64,000 nt of DNA from positions 88,412,001 through 88,476,000 of the forward strand of contig NC_043006.1 in assembly GCF_006345805.1 (NCBI RefSeq), in the 5' to 3' direction. Below are positions 40,350 to 51,770 of the stretch, piece after piece. Position numbers and translations under genes: made by a program. Positions within the stretch are counted from its first letter, which is position 1. The number at the start of each line of letters is the position of its first letter. Below the pieces are notes generated by a model. That model ran no database searches, was not told the origin of the DNA, and was given only the letters and a program-made list of their open reading frames with translations. The stretch comes from Octopus sinensis (lineage: Eukaryota).

Positions 40350-40630
40350 TAAGGCGGCGAGCTGGCAGAAACATTAGCACGCCGGGCGAAATGCGTAGCC
40401 GTATTTTGTCTGCCGTTACGTTCTGAGTTCAAATTTCGCCGAGGTCGACTTTGCCTTTCATCCTTTCGGGGTCGATAAATTAAGTACCAGTTGAACTCTG
40501 GGGTCGATGTAATCGACTTAATCCGTTTGTCTGTCCTTGTTCGTTCCCTGTATGTTTAGCCCCTTGTGGGTAGTAAAGAAATAGGTATTTTGTCTGCCGC
40601 ATCGTTCTGAGGCAATAAAGAAATAAGAAT
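40350..40630 (+). mobile_element. SINE family A, well-preserved copy
   Basis: aaggcggcgagctggcagaaacattagcacgccgggcgaaatg...ttctgagttcaaatttcgccgagg...ttagccccttgtgggtagtaaagaaata. The tRNA-like head has a B-box-like gagttcaaattt. Confidence 0.9.
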
Positions 40631-40747
40631 TGGTTGAGAGATATAACCCTTACTAAGAAACTACCTTCACGGATTTAACTCTTTTATATTTTGTGTGAGA
40701 GATTGTGATATATGACTTCGTTGATTTCTCGGTCATCCTTTATCTAT

Positions 40748-41807
40748 TACTAGCAGAGATACCCGGCGTTGCCCGGTTACATTCAATTGAAGAATTAGAC
40801 TCTTCTGTTATATCTTCTGTAATGAACTGGAATACCTATGTTTCGAATTTCATCAAAATTGCAGATGTGGGTTATTTCCCTCTTTACACACGCTAAAAAA
40901 TTGTAATCGTGCCACATGTATCCCATACTACTGATTTTTATGCACATATTCCAAAATTCCAGTCTTATTGAACCTGTTAAAAAGATTTTGCTTCTGAAAA
41001 ATGAAGGTCATGGAGCTCTAAAATGTGAGAGTTAAGGCCCCTGTTGGGGTGGGCATCTTAATTTCAACCAGAGAAGTTGAATTGTTGAAAGTTTTTAACT
41101 TGGGTCTTATATCTATTGTTTGAATTTCTTTGAAATAGGAAATATATGTTCACTGGGGTTGTAAAAGAGAGCAAAGCTACAGGAGACCAAAAGACGAATG
41201 ATCACAATAAGCAGTTAGTTACCCTACCCTAGTCGTTACCACTCCCAATGTAGGATTCCTCACCATCCAAGTGACAGGCACAGCAGCCGTAAGATGCATT
41301 ACGGATCTATAACAATTGGAAAGGCGTGACCCAACTGAAATTAACATTAACAACTGTGTGACGTGAGGGCTAAGGAGAAATGAAAGTTGGAGTTTGCAAA
41401 TGACCACTATACTGATATGTAACTGGACAGCAAACTGTTACACTGTTGTACCATTGAATTAGAAATAATGCCCAACTGTTATCCTCGGGTAACCCTACAG
41501 TTTCCAAGAGCACAACTGTATTAGTTTTTGCTTAGATGAAATGACAAAATTGTGCGTGTTAAGTCCCCATGGAGGGGTCTTTCTAACTTTGAAGGAAGAT
41601 AAAATTTTATAAATATTACTTCATTTGTATCTAATATCTATGGTTAAAATTTCAACAGCAAAAATATATGAATTGTCATGAGGGTTATGGCCCTTATGCA
41701 TAGAATATAATTCCCAAATTTCATAAAGATACATTCAGTAATTTTGACCTAATTTGGATCATAAAAGAAATTACTAAAATTTGGGGGTTAAGGCTCCCAT
41801 TAGAGTG

Positions 41808-41810
<3 letters not shown>
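40748..41810 (+). mobile_element. Non-autonomous Helitron/Helentron-like (HINE/DINE-type) element
   Basis: 5' motif tactagcagagatacccggcgttgcccgg, typical of DINE-like 5' ends. The right boundary is uncertain. Confidence 0.4.
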
Positions 41811-41896
<86 letters not shown>

Positions 41897-41905
41897 TTGA
41901 TAGAC

Positions 41906-41962
<57 letters not shown>

Positions 41963-42149
41963 TAGACACACACACATACAAAGATAAATTGATAGATACA
42001 ACTGAGTGGGCAAACAAAAGTATGAGACACAGCCTAGTGCTTTTTTATGTTGATAAGCCTAGTACTTATTCTATTAGTTTGTTCTTGTGAAACCAGTAAG
42101 TTAAGTGGATGTAAATAAATAAACAGCAGTTGCGAAGCAGTGATGAGGT

Positions 42150-44090
42150 GCCGCAAATGTAGCGAAGACTTTGCCTGGCTGGTTGTAATGTCATAGTTTC
42201 TTGTTGACGTCTTTTCTTGTCTTTCCAGTTCTCCTCTCTCTCTATGTCACTTCTTTGTGTTCCCTCTTTTACGGTACGTCGCCAATCTCCACGGTTGCTG
42301 GCAACTGCTTCCCAGTTGGTAATATTGATGTTGCAGGCATTCATATTCCTTTTGCAAACGTCCTTGTATCGTAAGGGCTAACATGTCCAAGCTATCTCAT
42401 ACGTCTTTGTGTGAGGAGTGCAAACATGCTTGGTATTCCTGCTTGCTTGAGGACATCTTTGTTGGGGACATGATTCTGCCATCTGATGTGAAGGATTTTC
42501 CGAAGGCAGCGCAGGTGAAAGATATTTAGGCGACATATGGCGTGTGTATGGTGTCCAAGTCTCACTTCCATACAGTAGAGTGGTAAGTACACATGTCTGG
42601 TAAATCTTCATGTTTGTGGTCTTGGTCAGCTTATTGTTGTCCCATGCCCGTTTGGAGAGTTGGGCCATCACAGCAGCTGCCTTGCCAATGCGTATATTGA
42701 GCTCAGCATCACGGAATAGATTGTAGGTAACGGTAGAGCCAAGATAGGTAAACTTCTCCACCTCCTGTAGTCTGTGGTCTCCAATATGTATGTTTGGAGT
42801 GGTCGATGTAGCCTGACCCATGATGTTGGTCTTCTTGAGGCTGATAACTAAGCCAAAGTTGCCACATGCTTGCTCAAAGCAGTTGATGAGCTTCTTCTGT
42901 GTGTGATACCAGAGCGGCAACATCAGCAAATAGCATCTCCTTGATCAGGACGCTTCTGATTTTGGTCTTGGCACGCAGACGCGAGAGATTGAACAATTTC
43001 CCATCACTTCTACTGTGCAGAAACAATCCATCATCTGATGTCTCAACGACATGTGACAGCAGCAGCGAGAAGAAGATGACAAATAATGTAGGAGCAAGGA
43101 CACAAGCTTGCTTTATCCCGATTTTTATTTGGAAGGCGGCTGATGTTGAACTATTGTTCTGTATGGTGCCTTGCATATCATCATGGAAAGATTTGATGAT
43201 CCTCAGCAGCTTTGGTGGACATCCGATTTTTTGGAGCAGGATAAAGAGGCCTTTTCTACTTACCAAGTCAAAGGCCGATCAATGAAGGCCATATATAATG
43301 ACATTTTCTGCTCTCTGGACTTCTCCTGAAGTTGGCGTATGGAGAATATCATGTCAATAGTTGATCTGCTTCTTCTAAATCCACACTGCGATTCTAGATA
43401 AATTCGAGAAGCAAGCAGTTGTAGCCTGGACAGGATAATGCGAGCAGAGGCCTTTCCAACAGTGCTTAGAAGAGATATTCCACGGTAATTGTTACAATCA
43501 CCACGGTCACCTTTGTTTTTGTAAAGCGTAATGCTGTTAGCATCCCGAATATCCTGAGGGACTGTACCCTCTTCTCAGCACTGACACAGAAGCTCATGAA
43601 TGTGCCGAAGCAGGATGGTGTTTTTGCCGGTTTTGATGATCTCTAAGGGGATGCCGTCTTTTCCCGGAGCCTTGTTACTTGCTAGGGAGTCAATAGACTT
43701 GGTGAGCTCTGCTATAGATGACAGACTGTCAAGTTTACACATGACTGTCAAGATCTTGACACCCTCGATTGCAGCCTCAGCTACCGTGGTCTCTCGTGAG
43801 TACAGATCCTTGTAGTACTGTACCCATTTGCTTGCTTTGGTCCTTGATGAGATCCCCAGTAGTTGATTTCAGAGGGGCTGACTTGGTTGCGGATGGACTG
43901 AGGGCCTTCTTCAAACCGGCATACATCCCGCGGGTGTCGCCACTGTCAGCAGCTGACTGGATACTCTGACAGATTTCCTGCCAGTACCTATTTGTACAGC
44001 GTCTGGCAGTCTGTTGGGTTTCATTTCTTGCCTTTCTGAGTTCTTCGAGTGACTTTGTTGAAGAATCACTCTTGTATTGCATCGGAGCTG
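42150..44090 (-). mobile_element. RTE-BovB clade LINE, truncated at both ends
   Basis: SAPLKSTTG, NCNNYRGISLLSTVGK, QACVLAPTLF, EMLFADVAAL, FTYLGST, YGSETW, INITNWEAVASNRGDWR; multiple frameshifts. Confidence 0.92.
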
Positions 44091-44091
44091 A

Positions 44092-44123
<32 letters not shown>

Positions 44124-44229
44124 ATACATGTATGTATATATATATGTATACACACACACACATACACAAACACACACAAAGATAAATGGATAGATACAAC
44201 TGAGTGGGCAAACAAAAATATGAGACACT

Positions 44230-44540
44230 TCGTAGTGTTTTTTTATATTTTGATAAGCCTGGTACTTATTCTATCAGTTTCTTCTTGTGAAACCAGTAAG
44301 TTATGGGGATGTAAATAAACGAACACTGGTTGTGAAGCAGTGATAAGGGAGAAACACAAAGACACACACATAGACTTACATATATTCATACATATACATA
44401 CAATTGATTTGTTTCAGTTTCTGTCTACAAAATCCACTGACAAGGCTATAGCAGAAGACACATGCCAAGTTACCACACAGTGGGACTGAACTGAAGACCA
44501 TGTGTTTTGAAACCAAGTCTGTTATCACACAGCCACACCT
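44230..44540 (-). mobile_element. SINE family B (diverged)
   Basis: Reverse complement of head ggtgcaggtgtggctgtgtg...ttcagttcagtcccactg and the tail module. Confidence 0.7.
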
Positions 44541-44759
44541 GCACCTATGTGTGTGTGTGGGGGGGGGTGTGGATCAGTGTGTATGTGTGTATGGGTGTAT
44601 ATATGTATGCATGTATATATATATATTATATATATATATTTATATATGTGTGTGTGTGTGTGTGTACACATTACATGTACATCTATATATACATCTAGAC
44701 ATACATATTTATATATACATGTATATCTATAGAAAGACATCTATACATATACATATAAA

Positions 44760-45786
44760 CATTTACCCTTATCACCTTTGGACTATGCATGGTTTCGACG
44801 TACGTTTTGGCAAACCAGCTTAATTAAATTAAATTAAATTTAATCAAGTCAATTTACCACTGGCCCGTCTCATCGGCAAAGAAGCCAGGGGGAGTATATA
44901 TTCCACGAGGCAACAGCATCGATGCCTTGGGAATATATACTCTAAATTTTCAAAATCTACCGTCATCGCGCCAACCTATCAGCATTAGTAATTCAGAAAT
45001 CAAAGGAAAATTAAAAACATTTACCTTTATCATCTAAGCTGGTTTGCCAAAAAGTACGTCGAAACAATGCATAGTCCAAAGATGATAAGGGTAAATGTTT
45101 TTAATTTTCCTTTGATTACTGAATTACTACTATTTAGCGGTTTGAGTTTAGCTGCTCGTTTTAGTGAGTTGAATGGCCTATTAAGGCCATTCCTTAATAT
45201 TATTGTTGAATGTACATTATATAGTCTGTTGACTATTTTTTCTTTCTCACAAGCCCGCTGGTGGCGAAAAAAATTCTATTGAATTTTTTGCTACCCTGAT
45301 ATTGATTAATTAATGATTTTTTGGCTAATTCTGAAATTAAATCAGCAGTTTATATTTGCTGCTGATAAGTTGGCGCGATGACGGTAGATTTTGAAAATTT
45401 AGAGTATATATTCCCAAGGCATCGATGCTGTTGCCTCGTGGAATATATACTCCCCCTGGCTTCTTTGCCGATGAGACGGGCCAGTGGTAAATTGACTTGA
45501 TTAAATTTAACTTAATTTAAGCTGGTTTGCCAAAAAGGACGTCTAAACTATGCATAGTCCAAAGAAGGGTAAATGTTTTTAATTTTTCTTTGATTTCTGA
45601 ATTACTACTATTTAGCGGCTTGAGTTTGGCTGCTCGTTTTAGTGAGTTGAATGGCCTATTAAGGCCATTCCTTAATATCATTGTTGAATGTACATTATAT
45701 AGTCTGTTGACTATTTTTTCTTTCTCACTAGACCGCTGGTGGCGAAAAAATTTCTATTGAATTTTTTGCTACCCTGATATTGATTA

Positions 45787-45790
<4 letters not shown>
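44760..45790. repeat. Tandem (483-bp period) plus inverted repeat array
   Basis: Direct copies start at 45036 and 45519. 44760-44984 is the reverse complement of 45360-45575. Confidence 0.9.
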
Positions 45791-45873
<83 letters not shown>

Positions 45874-45889
45874 CACATCCATATACATA

Positions 45890-46259
45890 CAATAGAGAGA
45901 TGCTTTTGTTTCACTTTTAACACGTAATACTGAAATAGTGGAGAAGATGAAATATTGCTGTGGGCTCGCCCTAGGCAAGAAGTTAAACATTTTTTGCCCA
46001 GACACAACAAGGACATTTAGTAAGGCATGTGTAAAATTTGAATGAAGTTGGTTGTGTAGTTCTCGAGTTTTAGGGATTCACACTGGAGAAGATATGATAT
46101 TGCTATGGGCTCGCCCTAGGCAAGATGTTAAAACTTGTTTTTGCCCAGACACTACAAAGACCCTAAGCAAGGCATGTATAAAATTTGAATGAAATTGATT
46201 GTGTAGTTCTCAAGTTTTAGGGATTCACACAGACAGACACACAATCTCAGTTTTATATA
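45890..46259 (+). mobile_element. Helitron-like (HINE-type) 3' end with a 145-bp duplicated block
   Basis: gggctcgccctaggcaag at 45962 and 46107. The terminus gacagacacacaatctcagttttatata resembles 53290-53322. Confidence 0.55.
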
Positions 46260-47885
46260 CAGTTGCGGCCAAAATGTTCAGAACGGCATTGTTTTCGTCA
46301 GAAATGTAGATATAATTTTTTATCAAAGTTGTTTTATATTCTATAATTTTCACAGACAATAAATACAATATTATTTGTTATTGCCTGAGATTTTGGTGTA
46401 ATTTGAGAGGATAATACAAAAGTTATAGATGATTTAGTGATTTACTGCAAAACCCATGGCGGCCAAAATGATCAGAACGGTTGCTTTTACTCCGTGTTTT
46501 AGTATATTTAACCGGCGAACTCTCATGTTTTGAATTTATTTACGTGACGGTTCGTTTACTAAACATTAGTAAGAATATTTGCAGTGTACTTTGTTAATAT
46601 AATGCCACTTACTCCGTTACCAATACGTCAGCAGATTATTAAGCTTCGAAGGACGCATAATTTAAGTATTGGATCTATTGCAAATATTGTTAGCAAGTCA
46701 AAAAGTGTTGTACACGGTATTCTTAAGGTCTACGATGATTGTGGTTCGTGTGAAGCAAGAAAGTTTACAGGTAGGCCAAGAAAAACGACCAAGAGAGAAG
46801 ATCGTGCTATGGTAAAGTTGGTTAAAAAGGACAGATTTAAAACTGCTGCTGCTGTTTCTCGGAAAATGAGCATTGTATTGAAGAAAACTTTATCTCGAAA
46901 AACCGTGTCTCGTCGTTTAGTTGAACATGACCTACAAGCAAGAGCACCTGCAGTAAAGCCACTGATCAGCTCCAATAATAAAAAGTGTCGTCTTACCTTT
47001 GCAACCGAACATGTGTTGTGGTCTCAAGAAAAATGGCAAACGGTGCATTTCAGTGATGAATCTAAGTTTATGCTATTTGGCTCAGATGGGAAAAGGTACT
47101 TTCGTAGAAAAGTAGGTGAAAAATTGTTGCCTAAATGCCTTAAGACTAGTGTTAAATTCGGTGGAGGAAGTATTATGGTTTGAGGGATGATATCTGGAGA
47201 TGGTGTGGGCTCTTTGGTGCGATTACATGAAAAGTTAAATGCAGGAGTTTATAAACAACTTGTAAAAGATCATGTCTTGCCTGTGCTGAGAAATTCAACT
47301 AAGCGACCACCCATATTCATGCAGGACAATGCCCCATGTCACAAGGCTAAGGTGGTCATGAACTTCCTCAAGGCTGAAAAGGTTATTGTCATGGATTGGC
47401 CAGCTCAAAGCCCAGATCTCAATCCTATTGAAAATGTGTGGAATATTCTAGAACGTTCGAAAGCCAGAAATCCTAAAACAACTGAGCAATTATGGAATGC
47501 CCTTCAGGAAGACTGGAATAAGATCACCCAGCAAGAAATTGAAAATTTAATTTCCTCATGCAGTCGAAAACGTCAGAGTGTGATTGAAGCTAAAGGGCTT
47601 CACACTAAATATTAAATAATTCCAGTATTCTCTGTCATTTTTGATTATTTTGTTATTTTTTCAACCGTTCTCATCATTTTGGCCGCCATTGGTTTTGCAG
47701 TAAATCACTAAATCATCCATAACTTTTGTATTATCCTCTCAAATTACACCAAAATCTCAGACAATAACAATTAATATTGTATTTATTGTCTGTGAAAATT
47801 ATAGAATATAAAACAACTTTGATAAAAATTTATACCTACTTTGCTGACGAAAACAATGCCGTTCTGAACATTTTGGCCGCAACTA
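46260..47885 (+). mobile_element. Full-length Tc1 (DD34E) transposon with 224-bp IR/DR TIRs and TA flanks
   Basis: TIRs at 46260-46483 and 47662-47885 begin CAGTTGCGGCC. The inner and outer DR is ggccaaaatg(t/a)tcagaacgg. TA lies on both sides. Confidence 0.97.
46602..47615 (+). pseudogene. Tc1 transposase with one in-frame stop (TGA 47181-47183 at the conserved Trp of MVWG)
   Basis: Paired-like HTH region, GRPRKTT, FSDES, QDNAPCH and SPDLNPIENVW. ORFs 46584-47183 and 47187-47615 share a frame. Confidence 0.95.
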
Positions 47886-47985
47886 TAACGGGAAGCTTTA
47901 TGAAAATAGACAAAAGACGAAGGCAGGTGGAAAACAAACAAACAATTGTATTAGTATGGCGCTCAGGAAATATAAATAAAACAAG

Positions 47986-48023
47986 TCTTTAACGTTTCGA
48001 GCCTACGCTCTTCAACAGAAAGA
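47986..48023 (-). ncRNA. Minimal type I hammerhead-like ribozyme motif in the PLE pLTR
   Basis: Minus strand UCUUU-CUGUUGA-A-GAGC(GUAG)GCUC-GAAACGUU-AAAGA: stem I, core variant, stem II, GAAA and a palindromic AACGUU stem III. Confidence 0.6.
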
Positions 48024-48204
48024 TACACAGAGAGAAAAAAAAACACAGAAAGAAGGAGAGAAAAAAATGCGTGCAGTAACTAACGAATCAACATGGCGAT
48101 CTGATTTCGGCCAGAGGTCAAAGATCAAACATGAGACGCGAGAGCGAAATAAGGGGAGATAATAGGATTGATAATAGGGTTGAATGACCAGCTATTAAGG
48201 CGTA

Positions 48205-48545
48205 GGAGAGGTCTGGACGTGTGTATGTATAGGGTTGGTGTATGTATTAGTATGTATTAGTATGTATAAGGGTGTGTGTATGTGTGTGTGTGTGTATGAG
48301 AGAGTATTAGTGCGTAGAATAGGTCTGGACGTGCGTATGTATGGGGTTGGTGTATGTATTAGTATGTATTAGTATGTATTAGTACGTATTAGTATGTATA
48401 AGTGTGTGTGTGTATGAGAGAGTATAAGTGCGTATGAGGGGTCTGGACGTGTGTATGTATAGGATTAGTGTATGTATTAGTATGTATTAGTATGTATTAG
48501 TACGTATTAGTATGTATTAGTTGGTGTATGTATTAGTATGGCACA
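48205..48545. repeat. Three copies of a 112-118 bp unit with internal tatgtattag repeats (PLE 3' region)
   Basis: gtctggacgtg starts at about 48211, 48323 and 48441. Confidence 0.85.
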
Positions 48546-51500
48546 TCATATATGATGTGATGTGTAAAGTCGTGTGGTGTAGTGAGAAGAGGGGGAGGGG
48601 GAGAAGAGGGGGAGGAGAAGGGGAGGGGAAGAAGAGGGGGAGGAGAGAGGGGAAGAGGAGAGGAGGGGAGGGGAGGAGGGGGAGACGGAAGGGGTGGAGG
48701 AGGGGGAAGAAGGAGAAAAGAGGGAGAGGGGAGAGAGAAGGGGAGGGAGGGAGCAGAGGGAAGGGGAAGAGGGAAGGAGGGAGGGAGAAAGAGGGAAGAA
48801 GGGAAGGGGAGTAGGGGTGAAAGGATGAAAGACTGAAGAAGTAGGGGTCGGGGGGAAGGATAGGTGAGGAGGGGGGAGAGGGGGGTTAGATGAGGAGGGG
48901 GGAGAGTTGAGACCAAATGGCGTATAAGAGCGAAGAGAGAAGATTAATTCCTGTTCACGGCGCAAACGGGAATCCGGACGGCCTCTGTGTAAGGACAAAC
49001 CGAACACAGATAGGTGTTGCAAGGACTGACCGGTGGAGTGGAAATGGCGTGAGACCGGTGTGTCGTTCGCAAGGTGGATGTCACGAAGGTGTTCCGCGAA
49101 CCGGTCAGCTAAGCGGCGTCCCGTTTGTCCGATGTACAAGGAATGGCAGAGAGAGCAAGAGACGCAATAGATAATATTGCTGGAGGTGCAGGTGAAGGAG
49201 TGGATGATGGGATAGGGTCGATGGTGGGTGCTAGTGAGGAGGGTGGTGTTGGAGAGGTAAGGGCAAGTGCGGCAACGTGGGCGGGAGCAGGGGAACGAGC
49301 CGGGTTGGGAGGTAGGTCAGGGAAGGAGCTATGGACCAAAAGGTCTCGAAGGTTGTGGGCTCGTTTGAAAGAGGGGAGGGGTCGGTTAGGGAAGAGGTGT
49401 GAAGTGGACGGGTCGGACTGGAGATGACGGAAAGCTCGAAGAATGGTGCGTTGGAGAGGTAGGGTCGTGGGGTGGTAAGTGAGGGGAAAGGGAGGCGGGA
49501 GACTACAGGGCGGGTTCGGGGAGAGAGAGCAGATACACGGCCCACGGACCGTGCTCTGGCAAGGGCGGTGTGGATAGTGGTGAGGGGGTATCCACGTAGG
49601 GTGAAGTGGTGAGCCATACGTTGAGACTGAATCTCAAAGTCATGGTCGTCACTACAGAGCCTACGTAGACGGAGGAATTGGGAATAGGGGATGGAAAGCT
49701 TGGTGTGTTCTGGGTGGGAGGAAGAGAAGTTGAGGTATGAGTGTGAGTCTGTGTGTTTGTAGTGAATGGAGGTGGTAAGAGTGGAGTGAAGAATGCTAAC
49801 CGAAATGTCGAGGAAGGAGACAGAGGTGTTGGAGATAGTGGAAGTGAAGTGGAGGGCTGGATGGAAAGATTGGACGAAAGAGAGGAAGGAATCTAGATGT
49901 TCACGGGAGAGTGAGGTGGCACCGATAATGTCGTCAATGTAACGACCATATAGTTCAGGAGTGGGACCAGTGAAATTAGAGAATATTTGGGCCTCAACAT
50001 AGCCAACGAACAGGTTCGCATAGTTGGGGCCCATTCGCGTTCCCATGGCCACTCCCGAGATCTGATGGTAGAACTCGCCCGCGAACGAGAAGCAGTTCAG
50101 AGTAAGGACAAGTTCGGCCAGACGAATGAGTGTGGAGGTGTCAGGTACAGGGTTAGAGCGGAGGTCAAGAAAGTGTCGAAGGGCCTGCAGTCCTTCGTGG
50201 TGAGGGATAACAGTATAGAGGTTTTGGATGTCCATAGTAAAAAGGATTTTGGAGGAGCCGGGAGGAAAGGAGAAGAGTTGAAAAGCCGGAGAGCATGGTT
50301 GGTATCGTGGATGTGGGAGGAAGAGATGCCACTAGGGGGGCAAGGATACGGTCGAGGTATTTAGAGATGAGCTCCGTGGGGCAGTTACAGGCGGAGACGA
50401 TGGGGCGGCCAGGGTTGTTGGGTTTTTGGATTTTGGGGAGGAAGTAAATGGTGGGGGTACGTGGGGTTCGCACAATTAGGTTGGATGCGGTGCGGGGGAG
50501 ACGGGAGGACGAGATGAGGTCGTGGACAGTAGAGGATACCGTCTGTTGGTAGCTACGTGTGGGGTTAGAGGGCAGAGGGGAATAGAAGGAGGTGTCATTG
50601 AGTTGGCGGAAAGCCTCGGCCCTATAGAGGTCCGCGCGCCACACCACTACAGCTCCACCCTTGTCAGCCGGTTTGATGATAATGTCAGCGCGCCGTTAGA
50701 GGGAACGAAGAGCCAAGAGCTCAGCCGGGGAGATGTTGAGGCGGCGTTGGCGCCTGGAGAAGTTGAACCGCTCCAATGCACGCTGACGGGGATGGTCGGC
50801 GGCCAAGGCCAGTGAAGCAGTCCTCTTCGTTGGGTATGGGTGGCGAGTCGTGGTAATGCGCACCCAACCGGACACGGCGCACAAAGCTGTGGACATCAAC
50901 TCGCGTCTGGAATTCCTTACAGGATGGAGTGAGGGGGATGAAACGCAGACCCCTACCAAGGACGGAGCGTTCAGCCGCAGAGAGGGGAAGATCGGGGGGA
51001 ATGGTAACAACAGACGGAAGTGGAGAAGGGGTGGGTGGAATAGAAGTAGGAGGGGTGGTAGGTCTCGTGGAGGTCTGAGGGGGAGGGATTGGGGAGGTGC
51101 GTGGGGGTGGTTGGGGGGGCAGTAGGGTTAGGTGTAGGTGGATGGAGCCTATCGGGAGGGGAGAAGGGGTTGTAGGGGGGTGGTGGGGTTAGGTGTGGGT
51201 GGATGGAGCCTATCGGGAGGGGAGAAGGGTGGTGGAGGAGTTGGGGTAGTGGCGTCGGGTAGGGTGGAATGGAAGAGTGATTGGAGTTTACGAAGTTTGG
51301 TATCAGAAAGAAATTGATGGAAGAGTTGATTCAAATGGATAATGAAGCGTAGCGTGTTTGGAGCATAGAGAGGCGGCAGAGAGGAGAAGAATGTGGAGAA
51401 AGCAGGAGGAAGAAGGCGGTTGATGGCATGTAGTTTAGAGAGATTGGAGCGAATGGTGGCCCGCATAAGGCGGTAAGATGTGGTGCGGAGTATGGGTAAG

Positions 51501-51770
51501 ATGGAAGAATCCGAGTGGAGAGCAGGGTGGAAGTGGAGGCGGAAACCTTTAGGGATGAGTCGGTGATGTAGGCAGCGGCTTAGGAAAGAGACATGGCTAG
51601 AGAAGCGGGTTTTTTTAAAAAGAAGTAGAGAGAGATTAACGGACGGCTGAAGGCAATATACAGGAAGATAACGGAGATGATCCTTCAAACGATGATGGAG
51701 GGTGAGGAGGTAGGACCTACGATCCGGCATGATGGGATAGCGGAAAAAAACAAACAAAAATCAGGAGTGG

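Larger units (their letters stand above)
47888..51770 (-). mobile_element. Penelope-like retroelement, Neptune-type, near full length
   Basis: N-terminal FLSRCL..LIPKGF; IIKPADKGGAVVVW; PGRPIVS; MDIQNLYT; GVAMGTRMGPNYANLF; RYIDD; linker CSRPRCRTC; GIY-YIG IYCVSCSLC..YIGQTGRRLADRFAEH...PFGLN. One nonsense (50696-50698) and several frameshifts. Confidence 0.95.

Noticed and set aside
41200-41520. Cys-containing minus-strand frames and a 32-nt exon candidate (LGHAFPIVIDP), possibly Helitron-captured
   Set aside because: Stops in all frames and no helicase or other domain motif identified.
48521-48916. Gly/Arg/Glu-rich and Pro-rich ORFs in several frames
   Set aside because: Artefacts of the purine/pyrimidine tract.
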